This document shows, piece by piece, positions 63,738 through 64,000 of a stretch of DNA of 64,000 bases. Every line of letters begins with the position of its first letter. Within the stretch, counting starts at the first letter, position 1. The notes below the pieces were generated by a model. That model was not told the DNA's origin, ran no database searches, and worked only from the letters and a program-made list of their open reading frames with translations. Both the position numbers and the translations under genes were made by a program. The stretch comes from an uncultured Acidobacteriota bacterium (GTDB lineage: Bacteria > Acidobacteriota > Vicinamibacteria > Vicinamibacterales > 2-12-FULL-66-21), in contig CAVVSF010000008.1 of assembly GCA_963750915.1 (NCBI GenBank), positions 517,947-581,946 of the forward strand, written 5' to 3'.

Positions 63738-64000
63738 CTACGTGGCCTTTGGTCCCTGCGCCAAGGCATCGATCTGGCGGATGGCGCCGAGGTGATATGC
63801 AAGATGGGCGGTGCTGCCAATGACGCCGTTCAGTTCCACGTCCGAGAGATCACGCGGCTGCTCGAGCGCCTGCTGCCAGCGACGGGCCTCGTCCGCGAGC
63901 CGCGACCGCAAGGCTGCCCAGCCCTTGTCGTCCACCGTCCCGCGAGTCCAGCTTGCGGCCCAGTCGGCCGTCGCCCAGGGATTCGGATCGCCGTTACTCC
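63738..64000 (-). CDS. DinB-like protein, C-terminal part (5' end beyond the window)
   Basis: The frame is open to the window edge: ...WATADWAASWTRGTVDDKGWAALRSRLADEARRWQQALEQPRDLSDVELNGVIGSTAHLAYHLGAIRQIDALAQGPKAT*. The AHLAYHLGAIR motif is DinB-like. Confidence 0.55.
   Translation of the reverse strand, partial: SNGDPNPWATADWAASWTRGTVDDKGWAALRSRLADEARRWQQALEQPRDLSDVELNGVIGSTAHLAYHLGAIRQIDALAQGPKAT

Overview
High-GC bacterial chromosomal window (about 68-70% GC by eye). The gene content looks Acidobacteriota-like, which is an inference from families. It holds three ADOP-type duplicated FtsX permeases (one paired with an acidobacterial-type PadR), three CarboxypepD_reg-type TonB-dependent receptors, a PSCyt1/DUF1549/DUF1553 + DUF1501 pair and a PVC-type heme-binding CxxCH protein. 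I support about 50 protein genes and 3 tRNAs (His-GTG, Arg-CCG, Arg-TCG). Notable loci are a divergent Ku/LigD NHEJ pair, an ECF-sigma/Ser-Thr-kinase operon, a GGDEF cyclase, uxaC and a roughly 1270-aa polypeptide with two complete histidine-kinase + receiver modules. I found no CRISPR array, transposase, integrase, phage gene or recognisable defence or toxin-antitoxin system, and I cannot point to a clear new protein-based system. The unusual signals are in DNA structure. (1) A 6.3-kb block (39.5-45.8 kb) between two tRNA-Arg modules has all four genes disrupted (at least 9 clear frame changes, a possible compensating pair, plus one in-frame TAG). The other ~57 kb shows only three isolated frameshifts. 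(2) A dispersed 100-170 bp repeat family ends in a GAGGGGC-GAA-GCCCCTC hairpin, and two copies abut the 3' ends of the tRNA-Arg genes. (3) Most of the larger intergenic spacers carry their own short-period (6-8 nt) tandem array or palindrome cluster. These include a ~230-bp imperfect palindrome made of GGTGCSA heptamers, inverted heptamer arrays bracketing a methyltransferase-FNR gene pair, and three tandem 24-bp palindromes. All coordinates and translations were worked out by hand. Domain names are recognised from motifs, not from searches.
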